Sequence record: DRR723986_637
DNA: 45,673 nt
Strand: one strand, 5' to 3'
Position numbers and translations under genes: made by a program. The notes beneath the pieces are model-generated. The model was not told the origin of the DNA, ran no database searches, and saw only the letters and a list, made by a program, of their open reading frames with translations. This document shows, one piece after another, positions 10,205-20,582 of this stretch. Position 1 is the stretch's first letter. The number at the start of each line of letters is the position of its first letter.

Positions 10205-10365
10205 TAATTCTTACCTTAAAATAATAAATTGAGTAGCAACAATACTACCTAAACAACGATGTTAAGGTACTAATATAAGTAAATAATGGCATTCTTTAAG
10301 CGGATGTAGTGTTAGTTTAATATAATTTTAAGTTGAAAAAACATACAACTTAAACATTTTAAACC

Positions 10366-10397
10366 AAAAAAGCCGAAACTTTCGTTTCGGCTTTTTT
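10366..10397 (-). terminator. Intrinsic terminator of the tRNA pair
   Basis: AAAAAAGCCGAAAC-TTTC-GTTTCGGCTTTTTT, immediately 3' of tRNA-Leu. Confidence 0.9.
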
Positions 10398-10400
10398 CTG

Positions 10401-10485
10401 TACTGAAGGCGGGACTTGAACCCGCACGACCATAATGGTCATTGGATTTTAAGTCCAACGTGTCTACCAATTCCACCACTTCAGC
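10401..10485 (-). tRNA. tRNA-Leu (anticodon TAA)
   Basis: Reverse complement GCTGAAGTGGTGGAATTGGTAGACACGTTGGACTTAAAATCCAA...GCGGGTTCAAGTCCCGCCTTCAGTA; cloverleaf with long variable arm; CCA not encoded. Confidence 0.95.
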
Positions 10486-10528
10486 ATCTAGATTACAACT
10501 GCAATCTAATTTGGTATATTTTGTATAG

Positions 10529-10600
10529 AGCGAAAGACGGGATTTGAACCCGCGACCCTCACCTTGGCAAGGTGATGCTCTACCCCTGAGCTACTTTCGC
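10529..10600 (-). tRNA. tRNA-Gly (anticodon GCC)
   Basis: Reverse complement GCGAAAGTAGCTCAGGGGTAGAGCATCACCTTGCCAAGGTGAGGGTCGCGGGTTCAAATCCCGTCTTTCGCT. Confidence 0.95.
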
Positions 10601-10639
10601 GTAGTCTTTTGAATGAACGTTTCGCTGTAAAAGCGGATG

Positions 10640-10669
10640 CAAATTTAAAATATTTCTTAGAAAAGCAAA
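10640..10669 (-). promoter_or_regulatory. Bacteroidota housekeeping promoter for the tRNA pair
   Basis: TTTG-N18-TAAATTTG on the minus strand, about 40 nt upstream of tRNA-Gly; matches the -33/-7 consensus. Confidence 0.7.
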
Positions 10670-10698
10670 GGCTTTTTTAAAAATAAATAGAAATTATT

Positions 10699-13311
10699 TT
10701 AAGCTTGCTTTTTCTTTACTAGCATGCGCTTAATTTCATTAAGCTTCATTAAAGCTTCAACTGGAGTCAAGGTATCAATATCTGTATGTAATATTTCGTC
10801 TTTAATTTCTTCTAACAATGGATCGTCAAGGTTAAAGAAGCTCAACTGCATATCATCTTTAAGCGATTTTACCTTATCCGTTAATTCTTCGCTAGAATGG
10901 GACTTCTCTAATTTCGATAATATCTTATTAGCACGACGAATAACCTGTTGTGGCATACCAGCCATCTTAGCTACATGAATTCCAAAACTATGTTCACTAC
11001 CTCCTTCAACTAGCTTACGCACAAATAGAACATTGTCCTTTAGCTCCTTAATCGCAACATTAAAGTTTTTAATTCTACCGAAGGTCTCAGTCATTTCATT
11101 AAGCTCGTGGTAATGCGTTGCAAATAAGGTTTTTGGTCTTGCAGGATGCTCATGTAGATACTCACTAATGGCCCAAGCGATGGAAATACCATCATAAGTG
11201 CTTGTACCACGACCGATTTCGTCTAGAAGCAACAAGCTTCGTTCAGAAATGTTGTTTAGAATAGATGCCGTTTCATTCATCTCAACCATAAACGTAGATT
11301 CGCCCATTGAGATATTATCACTAGCACCAACACGTGTAAATATCTTATCTACCAAGCCTATTCTAGCTTCTTTTGCTGGAACAAAACTTCCTATTTGAGC
11401 CAGCAATACTATTAAAGCCGTTTGTCTCAATATAGCTGACTTACCAGACATATTAGGTCCGGTTATCATAATGATTTGTTGTGACTCTCTATCGAGATAA
11501 ACATCATTTGCAATATAGGGCTCACCAAGTGGTAGTTGCTTTTCAATAACTGGGTGACGACCATCTTTGATATCTAATTCAAAGCTCTCATCAATCTGTG
11601 GGTAATTATATTTATTGGATTTTGCCAAACTTGCAAAGCCACACAGACAATCTAACTGACCTATCAGTTGCGCATTTTGTTGCACTTTAATAATGAATTG
11701 GTGCATCCAAAGTACTAGCTCAGAAAACAGTTGTTGTTCAATGGCTAAAATACGCTCTTCTGCACCAAGAATCTTAGCTTCATATTCCTTTAGTTCTTCT
11801 GTAATATAGCGTTCTGCATTGACTAAAGTTTGCTTTCTAATCCACTCTTCCGGTACTTTATCTTTATGCGAATTACGTACTTCTATATAATACCCAAACA
11901 CATTATTCGAGGCTATCTTTAGTGAGGTAATCCCTGTACGTTCACTTTCACGTTGTAGCATAGCATCTAGGTAATCCTTACCTGACTTTGACAATCCTCT
12001 TAGCTCATCTAATTCTTGAGAATAACCTGTAGCAATTGTATTACCCTTCAATACATTAACTGGCGCTTCTTCATTAAGCGTCTGCTTTATCTTATCCCTT
12101 AATAAATCGCAATTATTTAGATTCTCACCAATGACTTTTAGAGCTTCATTTTCACATGTTTCTGCCAAAGATTTTATCGGCACAATTGCTTCCAATGAAT
12201 TCTTTAACTGAATTACTTCGCGAGGACTCACTTTAGTCGTTGCAATCTTTGAGATAAGACGTTCTACATCACCAATATGCTTTATTTGTCCTTGTATTTT
12301 TTGAAGAACGGCTTCATTATCTAGCAAAAACTGTACAACCTCATGTCGTTGTTTTATCTTATCTGCATGCTTTAACGGTAAAGCTAACCAACGTTTTAAA
12401 GTTCGCCCTCCCATCGCAGAAATGGTCTTATCAATAACGTTAATAAGTGTAACGGCATTTGCATTTGTGGTATGGTACAACTCTAAATTTCTAATAGTGA
12501 ATTTATCCATCCACACATAATCATCAGTTGCAATCCTTGATATGGTTGCAATATGCTCTAACCTATTATGCCGAGTTTCACTTAAATAATGAAGCACAAC
12601 GCCAGAAGCAATTATACCTTCATATAAATCATCAATACCAAAGCCTTTAAGGGTTTTTGTATTAAAATGTTTGGTTAAGGTTTCGTGAGCATAATCTGCT
12701 TGAAACACCCAATCTTCCAGATAAAATGTATGGAAGTCATTTCCGAAAGTTTCGGTGCATTCCTTTCTGCATTGTTTGGATATTAAAACTTCACTAGGAT
12801 TAAAATTCTGAAGTAACTTATCTACATATTCTGCATCACCTTGAGATGTTAAAAATTCTCCAGTAGAAATATCTAAGAAGGAAACACCGATATATTTTTT
12901 ATCAAAATGGACCGCACATAAAAAGTTGTTTGATTTTGAGTGCAGTATATCATCATTCAAGGCCACACCTGGTGTTACCAATTCTGTTACACCGCGTTTT
13001 ACAATCTTTTTGGTTTGCTTAGGATCTTCTAATTGATCGCAAATCGCTACACGCTCACCTGCTCTCACCAATTTTGGCAAATACGTATTTAACGAATGGT
13101 GCGGGAATCCTGCCAATTCAGTTTCACTTTCGCTACCAGCACCTCGCTTTGTTAGAATTATATCTAAAATCTTAGATGCTTTAATAGCGTCACTACCAAA
13201 GGTTTCATAGAAATCACCAACCCTAAACAACAATAAAGCATCTGGATACTTTGCTTTAATAGCATTGTATTGCTTCATTAATGGTGTTTCTTTTTTTGCC
13301 TTTTTAGCCAA
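10699..13311 (-). CDS. mutS: DNA mismatch repair protein MutS
   Basis: [19 protein letters not shown], Walker [34 protein letters not shown]. Likely start is TTG 13311 ([11 protein letters not shown]); the ORF track extends to 13359. Confidence 0.97.
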   Translation of the reverse strand: MAKKAKKETPLMKQYNAIKAKYPDALLLFRVGDFYETFGSDAIKASKILDIILTKRGAGSESETELAGFPHHSLNTYLPKLVRAGERVAICDQLEDPKQTKKIVKRGVTELVTPGVALNDDILHSKSNNFLCAVHFDKKYIGVSFLDISTGEFLTSQGDAEYVDKLLQNFNPSEVLISKQCRKECTETFGNDFHTFYLEDWVFQADYAHETLTKHFNTKTLKGFGIDDLYEGIIASGVVLHYLSETRHNRLEHIATISRIATDDYVWMDKFTIRNLELYHTTNANAVTLINVIDKTISAMGGRTLKRWLALPLKHADKIKQRHEVVQFLLDNEAVLQKIQGQIKHIGDVERLISKIATTKVSPREVIQLKNSLEAIVPIKSLAETCENEALKVIGENLNNCDLLRDKIKQTLNEEAPVNVLKGNTIATGYSQELDELRGLSKSGKDYLDAMLQRESERTGITSLKIASNNVFGYYIEVRNSHKDKVPEEWIRKQTLVNAERYITEELKEYEAKILGAEERILAIEQQLFSELVLWMHQFIIKVQQNAQLIGQLDCLCGFASLAKSNKYNYPQIDESFELDIKDGRHPVIEKQLPLGEPYIANDVYLDRESQQIIMITGPNMSGKSAILRQTALIVLLAQIGSFVPAKEARIGLVDKIFTRVGASDNISMGESTFMVEMNETASILNNISERSLLLLDEIGRGTSTYDGISIAWAISEYLHEHPARPKTLFATHYHELNEMTETFGRIKNFNVAIKELKDNVLFVRKLVEGGSEHSFGIHVAKMAGMPQQVIRRANKILSKLEKSHSSEELTDKVKSLKDDMQLSFFNLDDPLLEEIKDEILHTDIDTLTPVEALMKLNEIKRMLVKKKQA

Positions 13312-13421
13312 GAGTTTTGTGTATTTTTGTCGAAAATGTAAGTGTGCTAATTTAGCCAAATAGCTAAGTTATATAAAGTAAAAAAGCTATAAGTTATCTA
13401 CAATTAGACCAAGATTTCAAC

Positions 13422-13958
13422 ATGCGAAAGTTAAAAAACGAAGAATTAGACCGATTAGATATTTCAGAATTTAAACAAGCTGACAAGTCACCTATTATAA
13501 TAGTTCTTGATAATATTAGAAGTTTAAATAATATTGGTTCTGTGTTTAGAACCAGCGATGCCTTCCTAATTGAGAAAATATATCTCTGTGGAATAACAGC
13601 TCAACCACCACATAACGATATTAGAAAAACGGCTTTAGGAAGCACAGAATCTGTAAGTTGGGAATACCATGAAAACACACTTAATGTAGTTGACAACTTA
13701 AAATCTGAGAACTTCATTATATGCTCAATTGAGCAAGCAGAAAACGCCACATTTCTCAATACTTTTGAACCTCAACCAAATACTAAATATGCCTTTGTTT
13801 TTGGTAACGAAGTTAAAGGTGTACAACAAGATGTGGTTGACATAAGCGATTTTGTTATTGAAATCCCTCAATATGGCACCAAACATTCCTTAAATATTTC
13901 TGTTAGTGCTGGCGTGGTAATATGGGATGTGTTTTCTAAACTTAAGCAACGTAATTAA
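13422..13958 (+). CDS. SpoU/TrmH family RNA methyltransferase
   Basis: SPOUT motifs VLDNIRSLNNIGSVFRT, FVFGNEVKG, IEIPQYGTKHSLNISVS. Confidence 0.9.
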   Translation: MRKLKNEELDRLDISEFKQADKSPIIIVLDNIRSLNNIGSVFRTSDAFLIEKIYLCGITAQPPHNDIRKTALGSTESVSWEYHENTLNVVDNLKSENFIICSIEQAENATFLNTFEPQPNTKYAFVFGNEVKGVQQDVVDISDFVIEIPQYGTKHSLNISVSAGVVIWDVFSKLKQRN

Positions 13959-13959
13959 A

Positions 13960-14616
13960 TTGAATAAGTTAAAAAAACCTTGGCCAACTAAGGAAGCAAT
14001 GACTCAAATTTATGAGATGCATCTTTGGGGCGGAAAGGACTATGATTTTTATTCTGGTGAAGGTTCTCACCATCGAGACATTATAAAACCCTATTTAGAA
14101 GCCGTGACTTCTTTTTTAGCTTCGCACAACAATAAACTAACGGTTTGCGACTTGGGATGTGGTGATTTTAATGTTGGAAAGCAACTTGTTGAATTTACTA
14201 AATCATTCATTGCTATTGATATTGTAGAAAACCTAATCAAAAGGAACAAAGCATTATTCATGGCAGATAATTTAGAGTTTCATTGTTTAGATATTTCCTT
14301 AGATGAATTGCCAAAAGCAGGTTGCATTATTCTGAGGCAAGTCCTTCAGCATTTATCAAATAATGAAATTAAAAGTATTGTCGAAAAACTTTCTAACTAT
14401 AAATACATAATACTCACAGAGCATCTTCCAATCGGTGAATTCACTGCTAACAAAGATGTTATTTCTGGTCAAGGAATTCGTATAAAATATAATAGTGGTG
14501 TAAATCTATTGGTCGCGCCTTTTAATCTCATAATAAAAAAGGAAATACTACTGAATGAAATAAAATTAGAAACTAATAAAGGAATAATTAAAACTGTTTT
14601 ATACGAACTGTACTAA
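13960..14616 (+). CDS. Class I SAM-dependent methyltransferase, substrate unknown
   Basis: Motif I VCDLGCGD, acidic IDI, ILRQVLQHL. Likely start is TTG 13960, just after the upstream stop (ORF track gives 13927). Confidence 0.8.
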   Translation: MNKLKKPWPTKEAMTQIYEMHLWGGKDYDFYSGEGSHHRDIIKPYLEAVTSFLASHNNKLTVCDLGCGDFNVGKQLVEFTKSFIAIDIVENLIKRNKALFMADNLEFHCLDISLDELPKAGCIILRQVLQHLSNNEIKSIVEKLSNYKYIILTEHLPIGEFTANKDVISGQGIRIKYNSGVNLLVAPFNLIIKKEILLNEIKLETNKGIIKTVLYELY

Positions 14617-15740
14617 CTATTAATTTCATTCAACAACCACAAGTAATCTTCACGATTCTTTACAAAATCACGATCTGAAATATCTATAATTTTTACGTTT
14701 AATTCTGTTTGATTCCGTAAGAAGCTTAAGTATCCAGAATTGATTTTCTCAAGATATTCATCTTGTATTTCTTTCTCATACTTACGTCCGCGCTTTTTTA
14801 TATTTTCTTGCAATCGTTCCGTATTTTGATAGAGATAGACATATAAATCTGGTCTTGCGATGTCTTTATAAACCTGATAGAACAATTTTCGATATAGTCT
14901 AAACTCATCCTCGGGTAAGGTTACCTTTGAAAAAATGAGCGACTTATGGACGTCGTAATCACTAACCATAAAGTCTTTGAACAAATCCAATTGCGATAAA
15001 TCATCACTTATTTGCTGATAGCGATCCGCTAAAAAAGACATCTCTAGTGTAAAGGCGTAACGCTCTGGTTCCTTATAAAATTTGGGTAAAAACGGATTGT
15101 CAGCAAAGCGCTCTAAAATGAGTTTAGCATTAAAATCTTTTGAAATATTTGTTGCTAAGCTCGTTTTCCCTGCACCAATATTCCCTTCTATTGCAATAAA
15201 GTTATAATCTTTGAAACCATATATTCGTTGTGGATTCTTCAACCATAGATTTATTGGTTTAATTTTAGAATTATCAGCACATTCTTCCAAAAGGATTAAA
15301 ACTTTCTTGTTGAGTTCTGGGTGATCAAAATCCTTAGCAATATCCGCCAAAGGCTGTAATACAAATTTACGTTTATGCATCTCTGGATGTGGAATCATTA
15401 ATTCCTTTTCAGAAATTATTTCATCCTCATAAAACAAAATGTCTAAATCTATTTCACGCGATTCATAACCAATGTAACTTGATTTTTTACGTCCCAATCT
15501 TTTCTCAATTAGTTGAAGTTGCTTAAGTAACTTCTTAGGCTTTAATTCAGTTTCAACTCTAATACAGGCATTAAAAAAGTCATCACCATCAAAACCCATA
15601 GCCGCAGTTTCATAGACTTTAGACAGTCTTTGTATTGTTCCAATTTTTGTATAAATAAGATCTACCGCAGACTGCAAATTTTGCAATTTGTTACCTTTAT
15701 TCGATCCTAGTGCGATGTATACTTTTTTTATGGTTGTCAT
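14613..15740 (-). CDS. folK: HPPK (FolK) fused to a deoxynucleoside kinase domain
   Basis: N-terminal YIALGSNKG, SREIDLDIL, IPHPEMHKRKFVLQPL; C-terminal IAIEGNIGAGKTS P-loop and dNK-type LERFADNPFL, PDLYVYL. Confidence 0.92.
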   Translation of the reverse strand: MTTIKKVYIALGSNKGNKLQNLQSAVDLIYTKIGTIQRLSKVYETAAMGFDGDDFFNACIRVETELKPKKLLKQLQLIEKRLGRKKSSYIGYESREIDLDILFYEDEIISEKELMIPHPEMHKRKFVLQPLADIAKDFDHPELNKKVLILLEECADNSKIKPINLWLKNPQRIYGFKDYNFIAIEGNIGAGKTSLATNISKDFNAKLILERFADNPFLPKFYKEPERYAFTLEMSFLADRYQQISDDLSQLDLFKDFMVSDYDVHKSLIFSKVTLPEDEFRLYRKLFYQVYKDIARPDLYVYLYQNTERLQENIKKRGRKYEKEIQDEYLEKINSGYLSFLRNQTELNVKIIDISDRDFVKNREDYLWLLNEINS

Positions 15741-15811
15741 TGAAGGTTCAAAATAACTAAAACAATTTTTAATAGATTATCTTTACATCAACAATTTATC
15801 GACAAATTTAA

Positions 15812-16516
15812 ATGCAACTAAAAGACAAGCTTTTAGCACAGCGTATTTACCTTTTGTTAGGTGCGCTATTTATAACCTCACTTGTTGTTTCAAACTTAAT
15901 TTTTCAAAAGTTTTTTTACTGGTATCCTTTAGATATAGAAGTTTTTGGAAGTAACCTTTTTGAAATTTCCGTTGGTATTTTACCGTACCCTATTACGTTT
16001 TTAATAACAGATTTAATAAGTGAAATATATGGAAGAAAACGTGCCAATGATGTTGTTGTAGCAGGTATTTTTGCGTCATTATTTTCTGTAGGTATTATAT
16101 TGGTTGCTGATGCTTTGCCGGCATTAGACAATTCACCATTAGATGATAAAACATTTAAATTTGTTTTTAGTAAAACCATTATAGCGGTAGGCTCTAGTAT
16201 GTTTGCCTATTTATTTGCCCAATTTATTGATATTAGAATCTATCACTTCTGGAAGAACTTAACGCAAGGAAAACATCTATGGTTAAGAAATAATTTCTCC
16301 ACTTGGATTTCTCAGTTTATAGACACATTATCAATAATTAGTCTTCTTTGTTATTTTGAGGTTTTACCATGGTCTAGTTTCAAGGGTCTTTTAATAAGTG
16401 GGTTTCTTTTTAAAGTGTTGGTTGCCTTTTTTGACACACCGTTTCTTTATCTTGGAGTTTATTTGTTTAGAAAACGATTTAATTTAAAAATAAACGAAGA
16501 GATTGATCTTCTATAA
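15812..16516 (+). CDS. Queuosine precursor transporter (YhhQ/Vut_1 family)
   Basis: Multiple TM helices; YPITFLITDLISEIYG, AQFIDI, HLWLRNNFSTWISQFIDT. Confidence 0.9.
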   Translation: MQLKDKLLAQRIYLLLGALFITSLVVSNLIFQKFFYWYPLDIEVFGSNLFEISVGILPYPITFLITDLISEIYGRKRANDVVVAGIFASLFSVGIILVADALPALDNSPLDDKTFKFVFSKTIIAVGSSMFAYLFAQFIDIRIYHFWKNLTQGKHLWLRNNFSTWISQFIDTLSIISLLCYFEVLPWSSFKGLLISGFLFKVLVAFFDTPFLYLGVYLFRKRFNLKINEEIDLL

Positions 16517-16625
16517 GTGTTATTAAATCCTTAAATCCTTGCTAAAGTTTATTAAAAGCACAACTATTATCTGAAACATTGCGTATACTATAAAGATGCT
16601 ATCTCTTAATCATGTAATTTAAATT

Positions 16626-19286
16626 ATGAAAAAGTTTCTCAAAGTTATTGGAATTATTTTACTGCTTTTTATAGCTATTCTCATTGCAATTCCGTTTGTA
16701 TTAGAATCTAAAATAGATACTATTGTGCAGAATTACGCCGATGAAAACATAGATGCTGACCTCAGTTTCGACGACATTGGCCTTAGCCTTATTACCAGTT
16801 TTCCTAAAGCAGAAGTAAGTGTAGAAAACCTTAAAATTATAAATAGAGCACCATTCGAAGATGAGACTTTAGCTACTGCAAAATCCATTTCTTTTGACTT
16901 TCCTGTTGGTCAATTATTTAGCAGCTCTAGTGAGCCTTTAGCAATAAATGAAATTATTGCAGATGAGTTGCTTTTAACTTTAAAAACAAATAAAAATGGA
17001 ACTGTTAATTACGACATTTCAAAGGATAAGTCCTCTACAGCTCAAAGAGCAGACTCGAGCGCCACAGGTTTTAGTTTTGATATAGAACATTATGAGCTCA
17101 ACAATAGTGCCTTCACTTACATTGACGAAGTTTCTAATACAACGTTTTATGCTACTGAAATTAATCATTTTGGGTATGGTATATTTTCAGGTGAAGTTTC
17201 CGAATTAGAAACAGAAACCGAAGCAAAAATTAGCCTAAGTATTGACAGCACATCTTATTTGAAAAACAATGCTATCAAATTAGACGCATTAATTGATATC
17301 GATTTAAGTGAAGAAAAGTACACCTTCAAGGAAAACAAAGGATTTGTAAATGCCTTACCATTAGAATTTCAAGGCTATGCGCAAATGGTTGAAGCTGGTC
17401 AGCAAATAGATCTCACGTTTAAAAATCCAGAATCTACATTTAAAGACTTTTTAGCTGTTATTCCGCAAGACTATGCTAAAAATATTGAAGATGTAAATAC
17501 AACCGGAAACTTTACGGTTAATGGAAAAATTAAAGGTCTTGTGTCGGAAGAAACTATACCAATGTTAGATATAAATATGCAATCTGATAATGCATCCTTT
17601 AAATATCCTGATTTACCAAAACGTGTTGATAATATTAAAATAGATGCCTCTATAAAAAATACTACTGGATATGCAAAGGACACTTATGTAGATGTTAACA
17701 CTTTAGATTTTAAAATTGATGAAGATGTTTTTAAATCTGAAGCACATATTAAAAACCTTACTGGCAATATGTTGGTAAATGCTAATTTGAATGGAATTTT
17801 AAACTTAGCTAACATCACCAAAGCCTATCCAGTAGAGTTAGAAAACCAATTAAGTGGTATTATAAAAGGTAAACTAAATACCTCTTTTGATATTAATGCT
17901 ATTGAGACAAATGCCTATCAACGCATTAAAAATAATGGTAATGTCTCAATTACAGATTTTATCTTTTCTTCTGAAGATATTGTCAATCCAATACAAATTA
18001 GTAAAGCAGATCTTACATTTTATCCAGGTGTTGTAAACTTAGACAGTTTTAAAGCTATGACTGGAAAAAGTGATCTTTATGCCACAGGCCGAATTAATAA
18101 TCTCTTGGGTTTTTTATTAAGCGATAAAAAACTTCAAGGCGACTTTAAGGTAACCTCAGATAATTTTGTGGTATCAGATTTTATGGTGGAAGATGAGTCA
18201 GCATCAAAATCCTCAAATAAGACGTCATCAGACGAAGAATCATTAAAAATTCCAGATTTTCTAGATTGTTCTATTTATGCCAATGCGCAAAATGTAGTTT
18301 ATGATAACTTAAACCTCAAGAAGGTCAGTGGTAAACTTCTTATAAAAGACCAAAACGCTAAATTAAGTGAAATGACCACAAATTTGTTTGGTGGCAAACT
18401 GGGCATAAATGGCAATATTTCAACCAAAGAGGCAAAGCCAAAATTTGATATGCAACTCGCCATGGAGCAATTTGACATTTCCCAATCTTTTAAAGACTTA
18501 GAAATGCTAAAAGCCTTAGCACCTATTGCTAAAGTTATCCAAGGTAAGCTCAATTCAACAATAGACGTTAGTGGATTATTAGATGCCCATTTTGCTCCTG
18601 ATTTAAGTACCATTTCTGGCAATGCACTTACAGAAATATTAACCTCTAATATTGATGTTTCTAAAAGCCCACTGCTATCTAGCTTAGATAGTAAGTTAAA
18701 TTTTATTGATTTTAATCAACTCGAAAAGGATATAACTACCAAATTAAATTTTGAAAATGGTGAAGTTTCCGTAAAACCATTTACAGTTACTTATAAAGAT
18801 ATTCCTATTGAGGTTTCAGGATCTCACGGTTTTAATAAAAGTATGAATTATAATGCTATGTTTCAAGTACCAGCTAAATATCTTGGTGGTGAAGTAAACC
18901 GATTGATTGGACAAATTAATGATTCGGAAGTTAATAAATTGACGATACCAGTTACAGCAAATATTGGTGGTACATTTTCTAGCCCAAATGTTTCCACTGA
19001 CTTAACAAGTGGAATTTCAAATCTGACCAATCAGTTAATCGAAATTCAGAAACAGAAACTTATTAGAAAAGGAAAAGACAAGTTAAATGATCTATTAGGT
19101 GTTGCATTAGGTGGAAATTCTAACAGTACCAAAACAGATTCCTCATCTACAAAAACAGATAGCACAAAAACCAGCACTACCGAAGATAAAGTTAAGGAAG
19201 GTGTTAAAGAGGTATTTGGCAATATCTTTGGAAAAAAGAAAAGCAAAAAAGATAAAAAAGAGCAAGATTCTACCCAAAATGAGTGA
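16626..19286 (+). CDS. AsmA family protein
   Basis: N-terminal anchor, long beta-strand-rich body, AsmA-like C-terminus (IPVTANIGGTFSSPNV), low-complexity tail. Confidence 0.85.
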   Translation: MKKFLKVIGIILLLFIAILIAIPFVLESKIDTIVQNYADENIDADLSFDDIGLSLITSFPKAEVSVENLKIINRAPFEDETLATAKSISFDFPVGQLFSSSSEPLAINEIIADELLLTLKTNKNGTVNYDISKDKSSTAQRADSSATGFSFDIEHYELNNSAFTYIDEVSNTTFYATEINHFGYGIFSGEVSELETETEAKISLSIDSTSYLKNNAIKLDALIDIDLSEEKYTFKENKGFVNALPLEFQGYAQMVEAGQQIDLTFKNPESTFKDFLAVIPQDYAKNIEDVNTTGNFTVNGKIKGLVSEETIPMLDINMQSDNASFKYPDLPKRVDNIKIDASIKNTTGYAKDTYVDVNTLDFKIDEDVFKSEAHIKNLTGNMLVNANLNGILNLANITKAYPVELENQLSGIIKGKLNTSFDINAIETNAYQRIKNNGNVSITDFIFSSEDIVNPIQISKADLTFYPGVVNLDSFKAMTGKSDLYATGRINNLLGFLLSDKKLQGDFKVTSDNFVVSDFMVEDESASKSSNKTSSDEESLKIPDFLDCSIYANAQNVVYDNLNLKKVSGKLLIKDQNAKLSEMTTNLFGGKLGINGNISTKEAKPKFDMQLAMEQFDISQSFKDLEMLKALAPIAKVIQGKLNSTIDVSGLLDAHFAPDLSTISGNALTEILTSNIDVSKSPLLSSLDSKLNFIDFNQLEKDITTKLNFENGEVSVKPFTVTYKDIPIEVSGSHGFNKSMNYNAMFQVPAKYLGGEVNRLIGQINDSEVNKLTIPVTANIGGTFSSPNVSTDLTSGISNLTNQLIEIQKQKLIRKGKDKLNDLLGVALGGNSNSTKTDSSSTKTDSTKTSTTEDKVKEGVKEVFGNIFGKKKSKKDKKEQDSTQNE

Positions 19287-19399
19287 TTTTTACGTAAAAA
19301 CCACACATTTCTCCCAATTTTTGTTAATAATTGCTCATTTTTTTGGATATCTAAAATATTACGTTATATTATGGGTTGACAAAATTTTAAATAGTATAC

Positions 19400-20263
19400 A
19401 TGAGGCAATTAAAAATCACCAAGCAGGTAACCAACAGAGAAGACAAATCTTTAGATAAGTATTTACAAGATATTAGTAAAATTCCGTTGATTACTGCAGA
19501 TGAAGAAGTAGAATTAGCGCAACGAATAAAAAAGGGTGATCAAGAAGCTTTAGACAAACTAACAACAGCCAACTTAAGGTTTGTTGTTTCTGTAGCTAAG
19601 CAATACCAAAATCAAGGTTTAAAACTTCCTGATTTGATAAATGAAGGAAATGCTGGTTTAGTAAAGGCTGCAAAACGTTTTGATGAAACCAGAGGATTTA
19701 AATTTATATCTTATGCCGTATGGTGGATTAGGCAAGCTATCTTACAAGCTCTAGCTGAGCAATCTCGTATTGTACGTTTACCTCTTAATAAGATAGGTAC
19801 TATAAATAAGATAAATAAAACATTTTCTCATTTAGAGCAAATACACCAGAGACCACCTAATGCAGAAGAAATTGCAAGAGAGTTAGACATTAGCGTTAGA
19901 GAAGTTAAACAGTCTATGAAGAATTCTGGGCGTCATCTTTCAATGGATGCACCATTGAAAGACGGTGAGAACTTTAGCCTGTATGACGTAGTGAGTGAAA
20001 GTGAATCACCAAGACCAGATAAGAGTTTAATGAAAGCATCATTGAACACAGAGATTAATCGTGCATTAGAAACCTTAACACAAAAGGAAAGTGATGTTAT
20101 TCGTTTAAATTTTGGTATTGGAGATCAACCACCAATGACCTTGGAAGAAATAGGTAGCATTTACGATTTAACTCGCGAACGTGTGAGGCAAATTAGAGAA
20201 AAAGGAATAAGAAGATTACGCCACGCAAGTAAAAGTAAAATCCTTAAGACCTATTTAGGGTAA
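19400..20263 (+). CDS. RNA polymerase sigma factor, RpoD/SigA family (Bacteroidota type lacking region 1.1); probably a paralog of the primary sigma
   Basis: [55 protein letters not shown]. Confidence 0.93.
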   Translation: MRQLKITKQVTNREDKSLDKYLQDISKIPLITADEEVELAQRIKKGDQEALDKLTTANLRFVVSVAKQYQNQGLKLPDLINEGNAGLVKAAKRFDETRGFKFISYAVWWIRQAILQALAEQSRIVRLPLNKIGTINKINKTFSHLEQIHQRPPNAEEIARELDISVREVKQSMKNSGRHLSMDAPLKDGENFSLYDVVSESESPRPDKSLMKASLNTEINRALETLTQKESDVIRLNFGIGDQPPMTLEEIGSIYDLTRERVRQIREKGIRRLRHASKSKILKTYLG

Positions 20264-20313
20264 AAAAAGCTTATTTAAATATTATATTATTTTTTATTTA
20301 CAAATAGTTGCCA

Positions 20314-20321
20314 TATATTTG
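20314..20321 (+). promoter_or_regulatory. -7 promoter element upstream of rpsU
   Basis: TATATTTG matches TAnnTTTG, 42 nt before the ATG. Confidence 0.6.
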
Positions 20322-20363
20322 CCGACCATTTGCAAGAATTAGATAACAAAAAAATATCGATAG

Positions 20364-20558
20364 ATGATTAAAATCGAAATAAAAGAAGGAGAAAATATAG
20401 AGCGTGCTCTTAAGCGTTACAAGCGTAAACATAGAAACGTTCAGATTATGCAAAATCTGAGAGAGTCTCGTTATTTCACTAAACCATCTGTTAAGAGAAG
20501 AAGAGAAATCCAAAAAGCTCAGTACATTCAGGGTTTAAGAGATCAAGAAGACATATAG
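20364..20558 (+). CDS. rpsU: 30S ribosomal protein bS21 (probably a second copy)
   Basis: 64 aa; KEGENIERALKRYKRK, YFTKPSVKRR, KAQYIQ. Confidence 0.93.
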   Translation: MIKIEIKEGENIERALKRYKRKHRNVQIMQNLRESRYFTKPSVKRRREIQKAQYIQGLRDQEDI

Positions 20559-20582
20559 GTAATTGCTACACTAAGAATTATC

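Noticed and set aside
1-10400. PUL as a genomic island integrated at tRNA-Leu
   Set aside because: No integrase, no duplicated tRNA 3' end within the window, and the tRNA terminator is intact.
13312-13359. N-terminal extension of MutS predicted by the ORF track
   Set aside because: It comes from a second TTGGCTAAA upstream and covers the probable divergent promoter region; TTG 13311 gives a more typical N-terminus.
15741-15811. preQ1 riboswitch upstream of the queuosine precursor transporter
   Set aside because: The gap is 71 bp; although GGTTC occurs at its left edge there is no matching stem or CCC/A-tail pseudoknot pattern.
19376-19400. E. coli-type TTGACA/-10 promoter upstream of the sigma gene
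   Set aside because: Spacing to the nearest -10-like hexamers is only 10-13 bp, and Bacteroidota use -33/-7 elements.
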